A stretch of 64,000 nucleotides of DNA from an uncultured cyanobacterium (GCA_963740315.1 CAVUDP010000001.1:928001-992000), one strand, 5' to 3'; numbered from the stretch's first letter, positions 21,983 to 32,738 are shown. Translations and numbers: made by a program. The notes: a model not told the origin generated them from the sequence alone.

Positions 21983-22837
21983 ATGCAAAGCGTTGTTGTT
22001 ACAGGCGTTTCCACGGGTATTGGTTGGGGTACGCTGAAAGTACTAACCAGTAAAGGAATTCATGTATTTGGTAGCGTTCGTAAATCTGAAGATGGAGAAC
22101 GTTTAACTAAGGAGTTTGGCGATAAATTTACACCTTTAATATTTGATGTTACGAATGAAGAATCGGTACGTGAAGCTGCGGATAAAGTTAGCGATCGCAT
22201 TAATGGTAATAACTTACTTGGTTTAGTAAATAACGCGGGTATTGCAAAAGGTGGACCTTTGATGCATCAACCGATCGCGGAATTTAGCAAACAAATTGAA
22301 GTTAATTTAATCGGACAACTAATTGTTACTCAAGCTTTTTTACCTTTGCTCGGAACCAACTCTGCTTTTAAAGGTAAACCGGGAAGGATTATTAATATAA
22401 GTTCGGTTGGTGGTAAGATTGGAACGCCATTTCTGGGTGCTTATAGCGCATCAAAATTTGCATTAGAAGGATTTTCCGAAGCATTACGACGCGAACTGAT
22501 GCTCTACGGAATAGATGTAATTATAATCGGACCTGGTTCAGTAACGACACCAATTTGGGATAAAGCCGAACAAATGGATGTTTCTACATACGAAAATACC
22601 GAATTTGCAGCTTCAAGTAAGAAGTTTTTAGACTATGCGTTGGAAAAAGGACGCTGCGGTTATCCAGCAGAAGATGTAGGAAACTTGATTTTGAAAGCTT
22701 TGACAACTGCAAAACCGAAAGTTCGTTATCCCATTGTTCCAAATCATTTCTTCGATTGGACGCTTGCCACATTACTTCCCAAACGAGTCATCGATAATAT
22801 TCTTGCCAAGCAATTCGGGTTAAACAGCGAACAGTGA
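21983..22837 (+). CDS. Short-chain dehydrogenase/reductase
   Basis: TGVSTGIG, NNAG and YSASK motifs; GGAG upstream of ATG 21983. Confidence 0.94.
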   Translation: MQSVVVTGVSTGIGWGTLKVLTSKGIHVFGSVRKSEDGERLTKEFGDKFTPLIFDVTNEESVREAADKVSDRINGNNLLGLVNNAGIAKGGPLMHQPIAEFSKQIEVNLIGQLIVTQAFLPLLGTNSAFKGKPGRIINISSVGGKIGTPFLGAYSASKFALEGFSEALRRELMLYGIDVIIIGPGSVTTPIWDKAEQMDVSTYENTEFAASSKKFLDYALEKGRCGYPAEDVGNLILKALTTAKPKVRYPIVPNHFFDWTLATLLPKRVIDNILAKQFGLNSEQ

Positions 22838-22913
22838 ACAGTGAACAGTGAACAGTGAACAGTTAGCAGTGAACAGTGAACAGCGAACAGTGAACAGTGA
22901 ACAGTGAACAGTA
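22823..22913. repeat. STRR (AACAGTG)n
   Basis: About 13 heptamer units; the array includes the SDR stop codon. Confidence 0.95.
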
Positions 22914-22941
22914 AATAGCAGATTGTCTTGTTTATGTATAA

Positions 22942-23289
22942 CTAGCGGCGGTAAGTACGGTAACGACATACGGTTTTGTAACGATAACCGTTACGGGTGC
23001 GGTAACGACGGGTGCGGTAACAGGTACGACGACGAATAACTCTAACCCGACGGCGGCGGCGATCGCGAACCCGACGACGAATAACTCTAACCCGACGAGG
23101 GCGATCGCGAACCCGGCGATCGCGATAACGACGAGCGAACAATTCTTCTTGAGGCAGTTCTGTTTGAATTTCTGCTACAGATTGTTGAGCAGTTTTTGAC
23201 AATAGGGCACTAGCTGGAGATGCCCCTGGCAATATAGCTGAAGCTGCAACTAATCCTAAAGCTGCAAATTTAACCTGTTTAAAGATCAT
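22942..23289 (-). CDS. Secreted arginine-rich prepro-peptide
   Basis: ATG 23289; signal peptide ending ASA; acidic spacer; 63-aa tail with 33 Arg and 2 Cys. Confidence 0.7.
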   Translation of the reverse strand: MIFKQVKFAALGLVAASAILPGASPASALLSKTAQQSVAEIQTELPQEELFARRYRDRRVRDRPRRVRVIRRRVRDRRRRRVRVIRRRTCYRTRRYRTRNGYRYKTVCRYRTYRR

Positions 23290-23665
23290 TATATTAAAAT
23301 TCAACGATACACAAGTATTTTTACTTATTCGGGACAAACTTTTTCGTTTTATTTACAAGTCTTATCTAGAAAAAAACCAGTATTGTGTATTCCATCCTAA
23401 CTGTAAAAACAACTAGATAAATGATTATTCCTTACTCAATTAATAAAGTTTTTATAAAAATTGCGAAATTTCACTGATATATAAATGAAAGGTAAAAAGA
23501 GGAGGATAATTCTTAACTCCTAACCGATCGTCTTTTAACTTTAGTCTCCCCCTCTCCCCATCTCCCTCTCTCCCCCTCTCCCCATCTCCCTCTCTCCCCC
23601 GAACCCCATTCTTTCTTCCCACAATTTGCAGTAAGCTGATATTTTATCCGCTCATCTACTCAACT

Positions 23666-24901
23666 ATGGCAACTATTAACGACAATTATTTGAAGCTAAA
23701 AGCAGGTTACTTATTTCCTGAAATTGCTCGGAGAGTAAACGCTTTTGCTGAAGCTAACCCCGATGCTAAAATCATCAAACTGGGAATTGGTGACGTTACC
23801 GAACCATTACCGCAAGCTTGTCGCACGGCGATGATTAAAGCTACCGAGGAAATGGGCAACCGAGAAACTTTTAAAGGTTACGGTCCCGAACAAGGTTATG
23901 CTTGGTTAAGAGAAAAGATTGCACAACAAGATTTCCAGGCGCGGGGATGCGAAATTGACGCTGACGAAATCTTTATTTCTGATGGTTCTAAGTGCGATAC
24001 GGGTAATATTCTCGATATTTTTGGTAAAAATAATACTATCGCAGTCACCGACCCAGTTTACCCTGTTTATGTTGACACTAACGTCATGGCAGGTAATACG
24101 GGAGATGCAAAAAAAAGCGGTGAATATGAAGGGCTAGTATATTTACCAGTCACGGCTGAAAACAATTTTACCGCTCAAATACCTTCTCAAAAAGTCGATC
24201 TAATCTACCTTTGCTTTCCCAACAATCCCACCGGAGCGACAGCTAGTAAAGAAAATTTGCAAGCTTGGGTAGATTACGCCTTATCTAATAACTCAATCAT
24301 CTTCTTCGACGCAGCTTACGAAGCCTATATCACCGACTCCTCAATTCCCCACTCGATTTATGAAATTGAAGGAGCCAGAGATTGCGCGATCGAATTCCGT
24401 TCTTTCTCTAAAAACGCAGGCTTTACCGGAACCCGTTGCGCGTTAACAGTAGTTCCCAAAACACTTACCGCGAAAGCATCCGACGGTTCCGATGTCGAAT
24501 TATGGAAACTGTGGAATCGTCGTCAATCAACCAAATTTAACGGCGTATCTTATATAGTACAGCGCGGTGCGGAAGCGGTTTATTCCAAAGAAGGGCAAGA
24601 GCAAATTAGACAACTGATTGGCTTTTACTTAGAAAACGCCAAAATTATCCGCGAAAAACTCACCGCCGCAGGATTGCAGGTTTACGGTGGAGTTAACGCA
24701 CCTTACGTTTGGGTGAAAACACCTTTAGGATTAAGCAGTTGGGACTTCTTCGACAAATTAGTCAATACTTGCAATGTAATAGGAACACCCGGTTCCGGCT
24801 TTGGTGCTGCGGGTGAAGGTTATTTCCGTATTTCAGCTTTTAATAGCAGAGAAAATGTAGAAGAAGCAATGAAGCGAATTACCGATAAATTTAAAGTTTA
24901 A
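23666..24901 (+). CDS. dapL: LL-diaminopimelate aminotransferase
   Basis: GYLFPEI, LGIGDVT, GYGPEQG and PLP lysine motif [12 protein letters not shown]. Confidence 0.97.
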   Translation: MATINDNYLKLKAGYLFPEIARRVNAFAEANPDAKIIKLGIGDVTEPLPQACRTAMIKATEEMGNRETFKGYGPEQGYAWLREKIAQQDFQARGCEIDADEIFISDGSKCDTGNILDIFGKNNTIAVTDPVYPVYVDTNVMAGNTGDAKKSGEYEGLVYLPVTAENNFTAQIPSQKVDLIYLCFPNNPTGATASKENLQAWVDYALSNNSIIFFDAAYEAYITDSSIPHSIYEIEGARDCAIEFRSFSKNAGFTGTRCALTVVPKTLTAKASDGSDVELWKLWNRRQSTKFNGVSYIVQRGAEAVYSKEGQEQIRQLIGFYLENAKIIREKLTAAGLQVYGGVNAPYVWVKTPLGLSSWDFFDKLVNTCNVIGTPGSGFGAAGEGYFRISAFNSRENVEEAMKRITDKFKV

Positions 24902-24954
24902 AGTTTAAAGTTTAGAAACATTAGTCAGGCATTTTGCCTGACTATGATTATGAT

Positions 24955-25197
24955 ATGAAAGATCAAGAATTATTAGAAAGAATTGTCCTTAATTCCAAAG
25001 TGCTGGCAGGTAAACCAGTAATTAGAGGAACTCGTTTAAGTGTAGAATATATACTTAATATTTTAGCTCGTGGTGCAACAATTACAGAAATTATTGAAGA
25101 ATACCAAGATTTAAATCCTGAAGATATTCAAGCCTGTATTTTGTTTGCAAGTAAATCTCTATCGAATGCAACATTTATGCCATTCGCGATCGGCTAA
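24955..25197 (+). CDS. DUF433 (VapB45-like antitoxin) protein
   Basis: GKPVIRGTRLSV...EIIEEY..L..EDIQAC; ATG at 24955. Confidence 0.88.
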   Translation: MKDQELLERIVLNSKVLAGKPVIRGTRLSVEYILNILARGATITEIIEEYQDLNPEDIQACILFASKSLSNATFMPFAIG

Positions 25198-25220
25198 GTA
25201 ATAAGTATTAGGTAATCAAA

Positions 25221-25667
25221 TTGGATATTTATTCAATAAGTGCAATTTTAGAAAAAGTTGCAAATTGGGCGGAAATACGTTCGGAAATTTTAGCATTAGC
25301 TTTAGTGGGTTCTTATGCACGAGGTGAAGCAAAACCCAATTCCGATATTGATTTAATGGTTATTACCTCAAATACAGAATTTTTCCGTCAAAATCATAAT
25401 TGGATACATGAAATAAATTGGGAATCCATTAATTACAAAATTCTCACGTTTAATGATGCTCAATATGGTGTAGTCTGGTCAAGACATATATATTTAAGTA
25501 GTTTAAATAACGAATTTAACAATATAAAAGTTGAAATCAGCTTTGGTTTGCCTACATGGGCATCAGTTAACCCCATCGATTCGGGGACTTTTAACGTAGT
25601 TAGTCGCGGTTGTAAAATTATTTACGATCCACAAGGAATTTTAACTAATACCACACGGCTTAAATAG
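25221..25667 (+). CDS. Pol-beta-like minimal nucleotidyltransferase
   Basis: LVGSYARG...SDIDL motif; C-terminal IIYDPQG. Confidence 0.82.
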   Translation: MDIYSISAILEKVANWAEIRSEILALALVGSYARGEAKPNSDIDLMVITSNTEFFRQNHNWIHEINWESINYKILTFNDAQYGVVWSRHIYLSSLNNEFNNIKVEISFGLPTWASVNPIDSGTFNVVSRGCKIIYDPQGILTNTTRLK

Positions 25668-25835
25668 CGCACCCATTTTTTTTATGCTCAGAAGTCGGGT
25701 TTTTAGAATACGTATCTGTAATACACTTACAAATTTTATAAAAACCCGACTTCTCAACCGCAGCGTCGCATGTCAAAAGTGGTCCTTATGTCCGGTTATT
25801 ATATGGGTACCTAACTTATGCCCGTCTGTACTGTA
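25648..25835. mobile_element. MITE-like element with imperfect ends carrying the same AGAAGTCGGG hairpin as 11802-11867
   Basis: Hairpin at 25690-25754; degenerate inverted ends. Confidence 0.55.
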
Positions 25836-25922
25836 CTAGCTTGATGCTCAAAGATTAACACCGCAAAATGTTAGGCTTGTAGTTGCGATCGCCGCGCTAA
25901 AACATTTTAGTTTAGACAAAGT

Positions 25923-26411
25923 ATGCCGTCAAAACCAGACATAGCCTATATTCCCTGCAACCAAGAGATTGTAGAAGCCATACTCGAATTAGCCAAAATC
26001 AACTCCCAAGATATTTTCTACGATTTAGGTAGCGGAGACGGACGTATTTTAATCAGCGCTGCGAATAAGTATGGAACTCGCGGTATAGGTATCGATATTG
26101 ACCCTCAAAGAATTGAACAGGCAAGACAAAAAGCTCTAGAAAATGGCGTTTCAGAACAATTAGAGTTTTACCAGCAAGATTTATTTAGTAGTAATTTCGC
26201 TGATGCAACGGTAATATTTATTTATCTATTACCCCATCTCAACTTAAGATTGCGTCCCCAGCTATGGCAGCAACTCAAACCAGGTACGCGGATAATATCT
26301 CGCGACTTTGACATGGGAGACTGGCAACCATTACAACAGTTAAAGCTTACCGTAAAAGAAGAGGAAGATGAACTTGTAACTCTATACTATTGGGAAATCG
26401 GGAATCAGTAA
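25923..26411 (+). CDS. Class I SAM-dependent methyltransferase
   Basis: YDLGSGDGR, GIDIDP and LKPGTRIIS motifs. Confidence 0.9.
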   Translation: MPSKPDIAYIPCNQEIVEAILELAKINSQDIFYDLGSGDGRILISAANKYGTRGIGIDIDPQRIEQARQKALENGVSEQLEFYQQDLFSSNFADATVIFIYLLPHLNLRLRPQLWQQLKPGTRIISRDFDMGDWQPLQQLKLTVKEEEDELVTLYYWEIGNQ

Positions 26412-26516
26412 CCTGTTACCAGTGAACAGTGAACAGTGAACAGTTATCAAGTTTTGATTGTGTATTGTACATTGTTCATTGATAATTGATAATTGATAAT
26501 TGTTGATTGACTAAAA

Positions 26517-26744
26517 ATGTCTATTTCAAAAACTGAAGCGAAGCAACTTTTAGAACGGATGATTTTTGAAGAGACTCATCCTCAAGATTGGGTACAGGAT
26601 GTTTGGGGATTAAGTCCATTGTTGGGAGATAGCGCTGCTAAATTATTTGAGGTTTTTGAAGCTTTGATTGAATGTTGCCCGGAAGGGCAATTAGAAAATT
26701 TATTGCAAAGCTATTATCAAGAAAATTTGATGACTGATGACTGA
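26517..26744 (+). CDS. Small hypothetical protein
   Basis: 75-aa ORF, collinear with neighbours. Confidence 0.65.
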   Translation: MSISKTEAKQLLERMIFEETHPQDWVQDVWGLSPLLGDSAAKLFEVFEALIECCPEGQLENLLQSYYQENLMTDD

Positions 26745-26765
26745 TAACTGTTAACTGATAATATC

Positions 26766-27155
26766 ATGCCTCAAACCAAAATTTACGGTGTTTCCGAGTA
26801 TCTAAATCCGATTAAGAATCAACTTAGTACAGTAATTCACAGTTGTTTTATAGATGGGCTACAATACCCACCGGAGAAACGTTTTCATCGCTTTTTTCCA
26901 ATGGATAAATCTGATTTTATTTTTCCACCAGATAAAAGTCAGAGCTATCTAATTATTGAAATTAGTATGTTTGAAGGACGTTCTATTGAAGCCAAAAAAC
27001 ACTTGATTGGCTTACTTATTAAACGTATTAGCGAAAAATTTAGTATTTCTTTGAATGATATCGAAATTACTATCTTTGAAACACCTAGACATAATTGGGG
27101 TGTGCGTGGTGTTCCCGGTGATGAGTTGGATTTAGGTTACAAAGTGGATGTTTGA
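26766..27155 (+). CDS. Tautomerase family protein (Pro-1)
   Basis: N-terminal MP; KRFHRF, ISMFEGRS and NWGVRG motifs. Confidence 0.88.
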   Translation: MPQTKIYGVSEYLNPIKNQLSTVIHSCFIDGLQYPPEKRFHRFFPMDKSDFIFPPDKSQSYLIIEISMFEGRSIEAKKHLIGLLIKRISEKFSISLNDIEITIFETPRHNWGVRGVPGDELDLGYKVDV

Positions 27156-27366
27156 AGAAGGTAACTTTAATTAAGACTTAGAAACACCATTAAGAGCTAT
27201 ATGATTTTATATTTTAATTTAAAATCTCCTATTCTCTATGCCCAATATGTAATTACCTATACCTGATTTATGAAAATTTAATTTAGCTTTATGAAATTTT
27301 TATCTGTTAAATCCTGGGTATACGATTATCCGTAGAAACAATGATTGTGCTAATTAAAGTTATTTT

Positions 27367-27588
27367 ATGACTCAGCATCAGTTTTTAGATCGGCGTTTTC
27401 AAGAATATAATGCAGCTTTGATGAAAGCGCTACAAAATTTGGCTACTCTGTTAGAAGCGGAAAAATGCTGGGAGCAAAGTAAGCTTATCGGAATTATGCT
27501 TGATGTTTTATCGGAAGTCGAAAATAAAAATGCACAGTCGATAGCTGCAATTGAAGAAGAGATTAAAAATTCTCTGTTATTAGACTAA
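27367..27588 (+). CDS. Small helical hypothetical protein
   Basis: 73-aa ATG ORF; 9-nt tail-to-tail overlap with 27580-28437. Confidence 0.5.
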   Translation: MTQHQFLDRRFQEYNAALMKALQNLATLLEAEKCWEQSKLIGIMLDVLSEVENKNAQSIAAIEEEIKNSLLLD

Positions 27589-28437
27589 AACGGTAATAAA
27601 GTAGTCTATTAAATAGTCGAAGTAGCCCTTTAATTCATCAATTGCTTTATCTGATACGACAGCAGAACTTTGCCATTCGCTGATATATTTGCTTCTAATT
27701 AACTCGAATGCTTTCAAATATATTTCAACAGGGGGTTCGTAATGGGTAACTACTCCTTTATAAAGTAAACGGGGTTCAATTTCATTTTCCATGCAGCTAC
27801 CAATTAGTTTGAGGTATTTGCTGATATTACGATGAAATTCATCTAGATGAGGATGTTCCTGAGTTAATAATTCACAGGCTACTGCTTGCGCTAATTCTAT
27901 TCTATTAGCTAATAGCAATCTTCCCCCTTCTATACATCCAGCCCTTTGTGCTTCTAATGCTGGAAGCGATGCTGTTAATTGTCTTTCAAGATGTTCTAAG
28001 CAATAACGAAGTTTGTCTTGTCTTTCTTGAATTTCTTTGAGACTTACAATGCCAACATGAGATAATTTTTTATCTTCTAACTCCTTCAACAAGACTTCTA
28101 CGGTTGGCTTAATAATTTTAGACATAAAGTCTATCTGTTCTTGAATTACCTCTAAGATTTGATGACGTAGTTCGTAGTTAACTATTTTTTCTAAACGATT
28201 ATTTGTAGTTTCTTCCAAAGAATGAAATTGCTGTTGTAAAGAAGAAATCATCTTTTGTTGAGCTAATTCTGTCTGTGGCGAACTTTGATATAACTTGTTT
28301 TCCAAATGTTCTATTCTTCTTTGCATCTTTTTAAAAAGAGATGCATTTACCCAAGGGCTGAAGATAAATCCTGCGAATCCGTATAAACTTTTTCCCATCT
28401 TTTGTAAAACTCCCGTGTGATTAAACTTTCGATTCAT
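27580..28437 (-). CDS. Coiled-coil protein with C-terminal divergent phycobiliprotein (globin-fold)-like domain
   Basis: C-terminal RNISKYLKLI...PVEIYLKAFELIR...ELKGYFDYLID resembles allophycocyanin helices. Confidence 0.7.
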   Translation of the reverse strand: MNRKFNHTGVLQKMGKSLYGFAGFIFSPWVNASLFKKMQRRIEHLENKLYQSSPQTELAQQKMISSLQQQFHSLEETTNNRLEKIVNYELRHQILEVIQEQIDFMSKIIKPTVEVLLKELEDKKLSHVGIVSLKEIQERQDKLRYCLEHLERQLTASLPALEAQRAGCIEGGRLLLANRIELAQAVACELLTQEHPHLDEFHRNISKYLKLIGSCMENEIEPRLLYKGVVTHYEPPVEIYLKAFELIRSKYISEWQSSAVVSDKAIDELKGYFDYLIDYFITVLV

Positions 28438-29163
28438 CCGGTTTAACAGTTTTCGCCGCTAAGTGCGGTTAATAAATTATTAAGCGTGAAGGTTGGGTTT
28501 AAGTCCCACATTAAGAAAATTAAAGGTATTAATTATACAATCTACGAAATGTTGACTGTTGCCTAATATTAACCCGCTCCATTTTGACAGCGAATAGTTA
28601 ACAAAAGCAATAACCGTAAATCACCAAAATTGTTCAGACTATTATTAGTTATTGGCGATCGGCAAAATAAAGCTGTATTTATGAAAAATTCTAGCGATAC
28701 TATATATAAATCGCAATCATACGGTTACTCACTCAAAATTGCTTTACCTTCCTAACGTATATTCTAGCAATTTAAACGTTTTAAAAGATTTAACTATACG
28801 CAATTTTCGCTATATGCTTCACTATAAAATTACAATTACTCTGTTTACAAAATATTTATTTTACCCCAACTACTTTCTCAACCTAATACTATAGATAGAT
28901 GCCACTAAAGTACAGTAATGTTATTTAATTAAAAAAAGATAAAATTAGCAGCAAATTCATCAAAAATTATTAGAATTCACTAAAACTTTTGTAAAAATTT
29001 ATATAACCTTTGAAAAAGTATTAGTGGGTAAAACCGTACAGAAGTATTAGCGTTTTCTACCCAAACAATCTCAGTTTAGGTAGATACAATTAGAGTATGG
29101 CTTAAGTAATGCTGCGATCGAGAAGAAATTCCCAAATAATCCAGCATACTAAGGGAGAAAAAT

Positions 29164-30027
29164 ATGGGAAATCAATTAAAAACAGCCGTTTTGCTAGCTG
29201 CCCTCAGCGGACTTTTGATAGCTATTAGTTATTGGGCGATCGGTGGGAGTGCAGGTTTAATTATAGGTATCGGCATAGCGGCAGTAACTAATCTTGTATC
29301 TTGGTATCAGTCAGATAAAATCGCTTTGAAGGCTTATCGAGCGCAGCCAGTATCGTCAAGCGATGCACCGGGGCTTTATCGGATGGTAGAAAGACTTTCT
29401 CAGAGAGCAAATATTCCCACACCAAGGATATATATAGTTCCCGGTTCCAATGCTAATGCTTTCGCTACCGGAAGAAATCCAGAGAATGCTGCGGTTGCAG
29501 TAACTGAAGGGATTTTAGACATCCTCCCAGAGGAAGAACTCTCAGCCGTACTTGCCCACGAACTTACCCATATTATTAATCGCGACACCCTCACCCAAGC
29601 TGTTAGTGCTACGATCGCCGGTGCAATTTCCTTTTTGGCGCAGATGGTAAGTTACAGTTTATGGTTTGGTGGAAATTCGCGGGATGGTAATAGAGGTGCA
29701 AATCCTTTGGGAATATTACTAACAGTTACCCTAGCGCCTTTAGCTGCAAGCGTGATTCAGTTAGCAATCTCTCGCACGCGGGAATTCTCTGCCGACGCAG
29801 GATCGGCTAAGTTAACGGGTAATCCCCGCGCTTTAGCACGAGCTTTGCAGCGGTTGGAAGCCACGGCGCGAGATATGCCAATGCAGGCAAATCCAGCTTT
29901 TGAGCCTTTGTTAATTATTAATCCTTTGAGTGGAGAATTTTTGGGTAACTTATTTAGAACTCATCCCACTACCGAAGCCAGAGTTGAAGCATTACTGAAA
30001 ATAGAACAACAATTAGCCACGATTTAA
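29164..30027 (+). CDS. htpX: Zinc metalloprotease HtpX (M48)
   Basis: NAFATGR, HELTH, SRTREFSAD and THP motifs. Confidence 0.95.
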   Translation: MGNQLKTAVLLAALSGLLIAISYWAIGGSAGLIIGIGIAAVTNLVSWYQSDKIALKAYRAQPVSSSDAPGLYRMVERLSQRANIPTPRIYIVPGSNANAFATGRNPENAAVAVTEGILDILPEEELSAVLAHELTHIINRDTLTQAVSATIAGAISFLAQMVSYSLWFGGNSRDGNRGANPLGILLTVTLAPLAASVIQLAISRTREFSADAGSAKLTGNPRALARALQRLEATARDMPMQANPAFEPLLIINPLSGEFLGNLFRTHPTTEARVEALLKIEQQLATI

Positions 30028-30127
30028 TTAAGTCTCAAGGGTGAAGTTGGTTGAAAACCCAAGCAGCCAACACGCGGTCATAATTCATAATTAATAATTC
30101 CATAATTCTTTACGAGTATCTAAAATC

Positions 30128-30520
30128 ATGACAGATAACAACGAACAACCCAAAGTAATAGTAGAAATCAGCCCTCAAACCACCGAAATGGTAGAAAGCC
30201 AAATGGTTGGTGAAAGCCAGGATGTCAAAGATGAAACCGCAGCCTTGATTGAAGCACTCAAAAGACGCGCCCAAGCAGAAGCACAATCCGCTGGTACCCT
30301 TACCCGCGAAACCTACTTAAGTGCAGTACGTCAAGCGCGAGAAACAATCGAACAAAACCAGTTGATCGAACGCGCTCGCATCGAAAATGCTTTCGAGATG
30401 GTGCAAAACGAAGCAACTAAAAACTTTGATTCGATTATTGCAGAAGTACAAGAATTTGGCGATCGCTTACAAGCAGCAGCACAAGCAGCTTGGGATGTAT
30501 TCACAGCACCCCGTCCATAA
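30128..30520 (+). CDS. Hypothetical helical protein
   Basis: 130-aa ORF followed by a terminator. Confidence 0.75.
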   Translation: MTDNNEQPKVIVEISPQTTEMVESQMVGESQDVKDETAALIEALKRRAQAEAQSAGTLTRETYLSAVRQARETIEQNQLIERARIENAFEMVQNEATKNFDSIIAEVQEFGDRLQAAAQAAWDVFTAPRP

Positions 30521-30547
30521 TTTTAGTAGTAATTAAAAAAATTAGTA

Positions 30548-30576
30548 CGGCGTTGCGATGCAGCGTCCTTTTTTTT
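30548..30576 (+). terminator. Intrinsic terminator
   Basis: GGCGTTGC-GAT-GCAGCGTC stem followed by a T run. Confidence 0.65.
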
Positions 30577-30700
30577 GGAGATGGGGAGAGGGGGAGATGG
30601 GGAGATGGGGAGATGGGGAGAGGGGGAGATGGGGAGATGGGGAGAGGGGGAGATGGGGAGAGGGGGAGATGGGGAGAGGGGGAGATGGGGAGATGGGGAG
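30577..30700. repeat. STRR (GGGGAGAT/GGGGAGAG)n
   Basis: Direct reading. Confidence 0.95.
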
Positions 30701-30950
30701 AGAGCAGGGGAGGCAGATGAGGCAATTAATTTTTTTTTACAAGAAAACTAATTATTTATTTTCTTCCTCCGCTTCCTCCGCTCCCGGAGCTTCTTCCGCA
30801 ATATCACTCCTAACTCTTAACTCCTAACTATTTCCATGCCAATTCTCAATTTCTAACAACTAACAACGCTCCAACTAACCACCTTCCTCATATAATATTA
30901 AGGTTTTCACAAAAAGTTGAAAATCCCTGCTCGAATAAGAAGTAATACCT

Positions 30951-32738
30951 ATGCGAACTTACTATTGCGGCGAAATCCGTTCATCTAATATCGGAGAAAC
31001 TGTTACTTTATATGGATGGGTTGACCGTCGCCGCGATCATGGGGGTGTGATATTTTTAGACTTGCGCGATCGCACTGGCATTGTGCAAATTGTCAGCGAT
31101 CCACAACGAACTCCTGATTCTTACGAAGAGGCGAGTAAACTGCGCTCGGAGTATGTTGTCGAAGTCACGGGTAGAGTATCGCAACGCCCGGATGATTCCC
31201 TTAATTCCCGCTTACCCACGGGTGAAGTTGAAATTTACGTCGATAAGATTGAACTGCTCAATGCGGTGCGATCGCAATTACCTTTCCAAGTTTCTACTGC
31301 TGATACCGAACCCGTGCGGGAAGATTTACGACTAAAATATCGTTATTTGGATTTGCGTCGGGAACGTATGGCGGGTAATCTCAAATTACGCCATCAAGTT
31401 GTTAAAGCTATTCGTCGCTACCTGGAAGATGAAGAAAACTTTATCGAAGTTGAAACTCCAATATTAACTCGTTCGACTCCGGAAGGCGCACGGGATTTTC
31501 TTTTACCAAGTCGCGTTAATGGCGGTGAATGGTTCGCTTTACCCCAGTCACCGCAACTATTCAAGCAGATTCTGATGGTATCGGGTACGGATCGATATTA
31601 TCAAATTGCCCGTTGCTTCCGCGATGAAGATTTACGCGCTGACAGACAACCGGAATTTACTCAGTTGGATATGGAAATGAGTTTCATGTCTGTTGAGGAA
31701 ATTATCGCACTTAACGAAAAGTTGGTTGCTCATATCTTCAAAACTGTTAAAAATATCGATCTACCACGCAACTTTCCACGTCTTACCTACGCCGAAGCAA
31801 TCGAACGTTACGGCAGCGATAAACCCGATACACGCTACGATTTAGAACTAGTTAATGTCTCGGATTTACTCAAAGATAGCGGTTTTAAGGTATTCCGCGA
31901 TGCTGTTGCCAAAGGCGGCATTATCAAAATTCTTCCCATCCCCGGCGGCGATGTCATATCTAATGTCCGTATCAAACCGGGTGGCGATATCTTTAAAGAA
32001 GCCAGCGAAGCCGGTGCTAAAGGTTTAGCTTACATCCGCGTTAAAGAAAACGGGGAAATCGATACTATAGGTGCAATCAAGGATAATTTAAGCGAAGAAC
32101 AAAAACAAGAAATTTTGCGCCGCACCAATGCAAAAGCTGGACATTTGTTACTTTTTGCTGCTGCCGATACCAATACCGTTAACAAAACTTTAGATAGACT
32201 GCGCCAATTTGTAGCCAAGGAATTTAAATTAATCGAACCAGATAAAATAAATTTACTGTGGATTACAGATTTCCCGATGTTTGAATGGAATGCAGATCAA
32301 AAACGCCTGGAAGCATTGCATCACCCATTCACCGCACCCCATCCTGACGATTTAAAAGACTTAAAAACCGCACGCGCCCAAGCTTATGACTTGGTATTTA
32401 ACGGTTTTGAAATTGGCGGTGGTAGCTTGCGGATTTATCAACGAGAAATTCAAGAACAAGTATTTGAAACCATCGGTTTATCAGTTGATGAAGCGTACAA
32501 TAAATTTGGCTTTCTTTTAGAAGCTTTTGAATATGGTACTCCTCCTCATGGTGGTATTGCCTACGGTTTAGATAGATTGGTTATGCTGTTAGCAGGAGAA
32601 GAATCAATTCGGGATGTAATTGCTTTTCCCAAAACGCAACAAGCAAGTTGTTTGTTAACAGATGCACCTTCAACTGTAGATGCTGCTCAACTTAAAGAAT
32701 TGCACGTTGCTTCAACATTCAAGCCTAAATCTAAGTAA
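30951..32738 (+). CDS. aspS: Aspartate--tRNA ligase
   Basis: [27 protein letters not shown] and [12 protein letters not shown] motifs. Confidence 0.98.
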   Translation: MRTYYCGEIRSSNIGETVTLYGWVDRRRDHGGVIFLDLRDRTGIVQIVSDPQRTPDSYEEASKLRSEYVVEVTGRVSQRPDDSLNSRLPTGEVEIYVDKIELLNAVRSQLPFQVSTADTEPVREDLRLKYRYLDLRRERMAGNLKLRHQVVKAIRRYLEDEENFIEVETPILTRSTPEGARDFLLPSRVNGGEWFALPQSPQLFKQILMVSGTDRYYQIARCFRDEDLRADRQPEFTQLDMEMSFMSVEEIIALNEKLVAHIFKTVKNIDLPRNFPRLTYAEAIERYGSDKPDTRYDLELVNVSDLLKDSGFKVFRDAVAKGGIIKILPIPGGDVISNVRIKPGGDIFKEASEAGAKGLAYIRVKENGEIDTIGAIKDNLSEEQKQEILRRTNAKAGHLLLFAAADTNTVNKTLDRLRQFVAKEFKLIEPDKINLLWITDFPMFEWNADQKRLEALHHPFTAPHPDDLKDLKTARAQAYDLVFNGFEIGGGSLRIYQREIQEQVFETIGLSVDEAYNKFGFLLEAFEYGTPPHGGIAYGLDRLVMLLAGEESIRDVIAFPKTQQASCLLTDAPSTVDAAQLKELHVASTFKPKSK

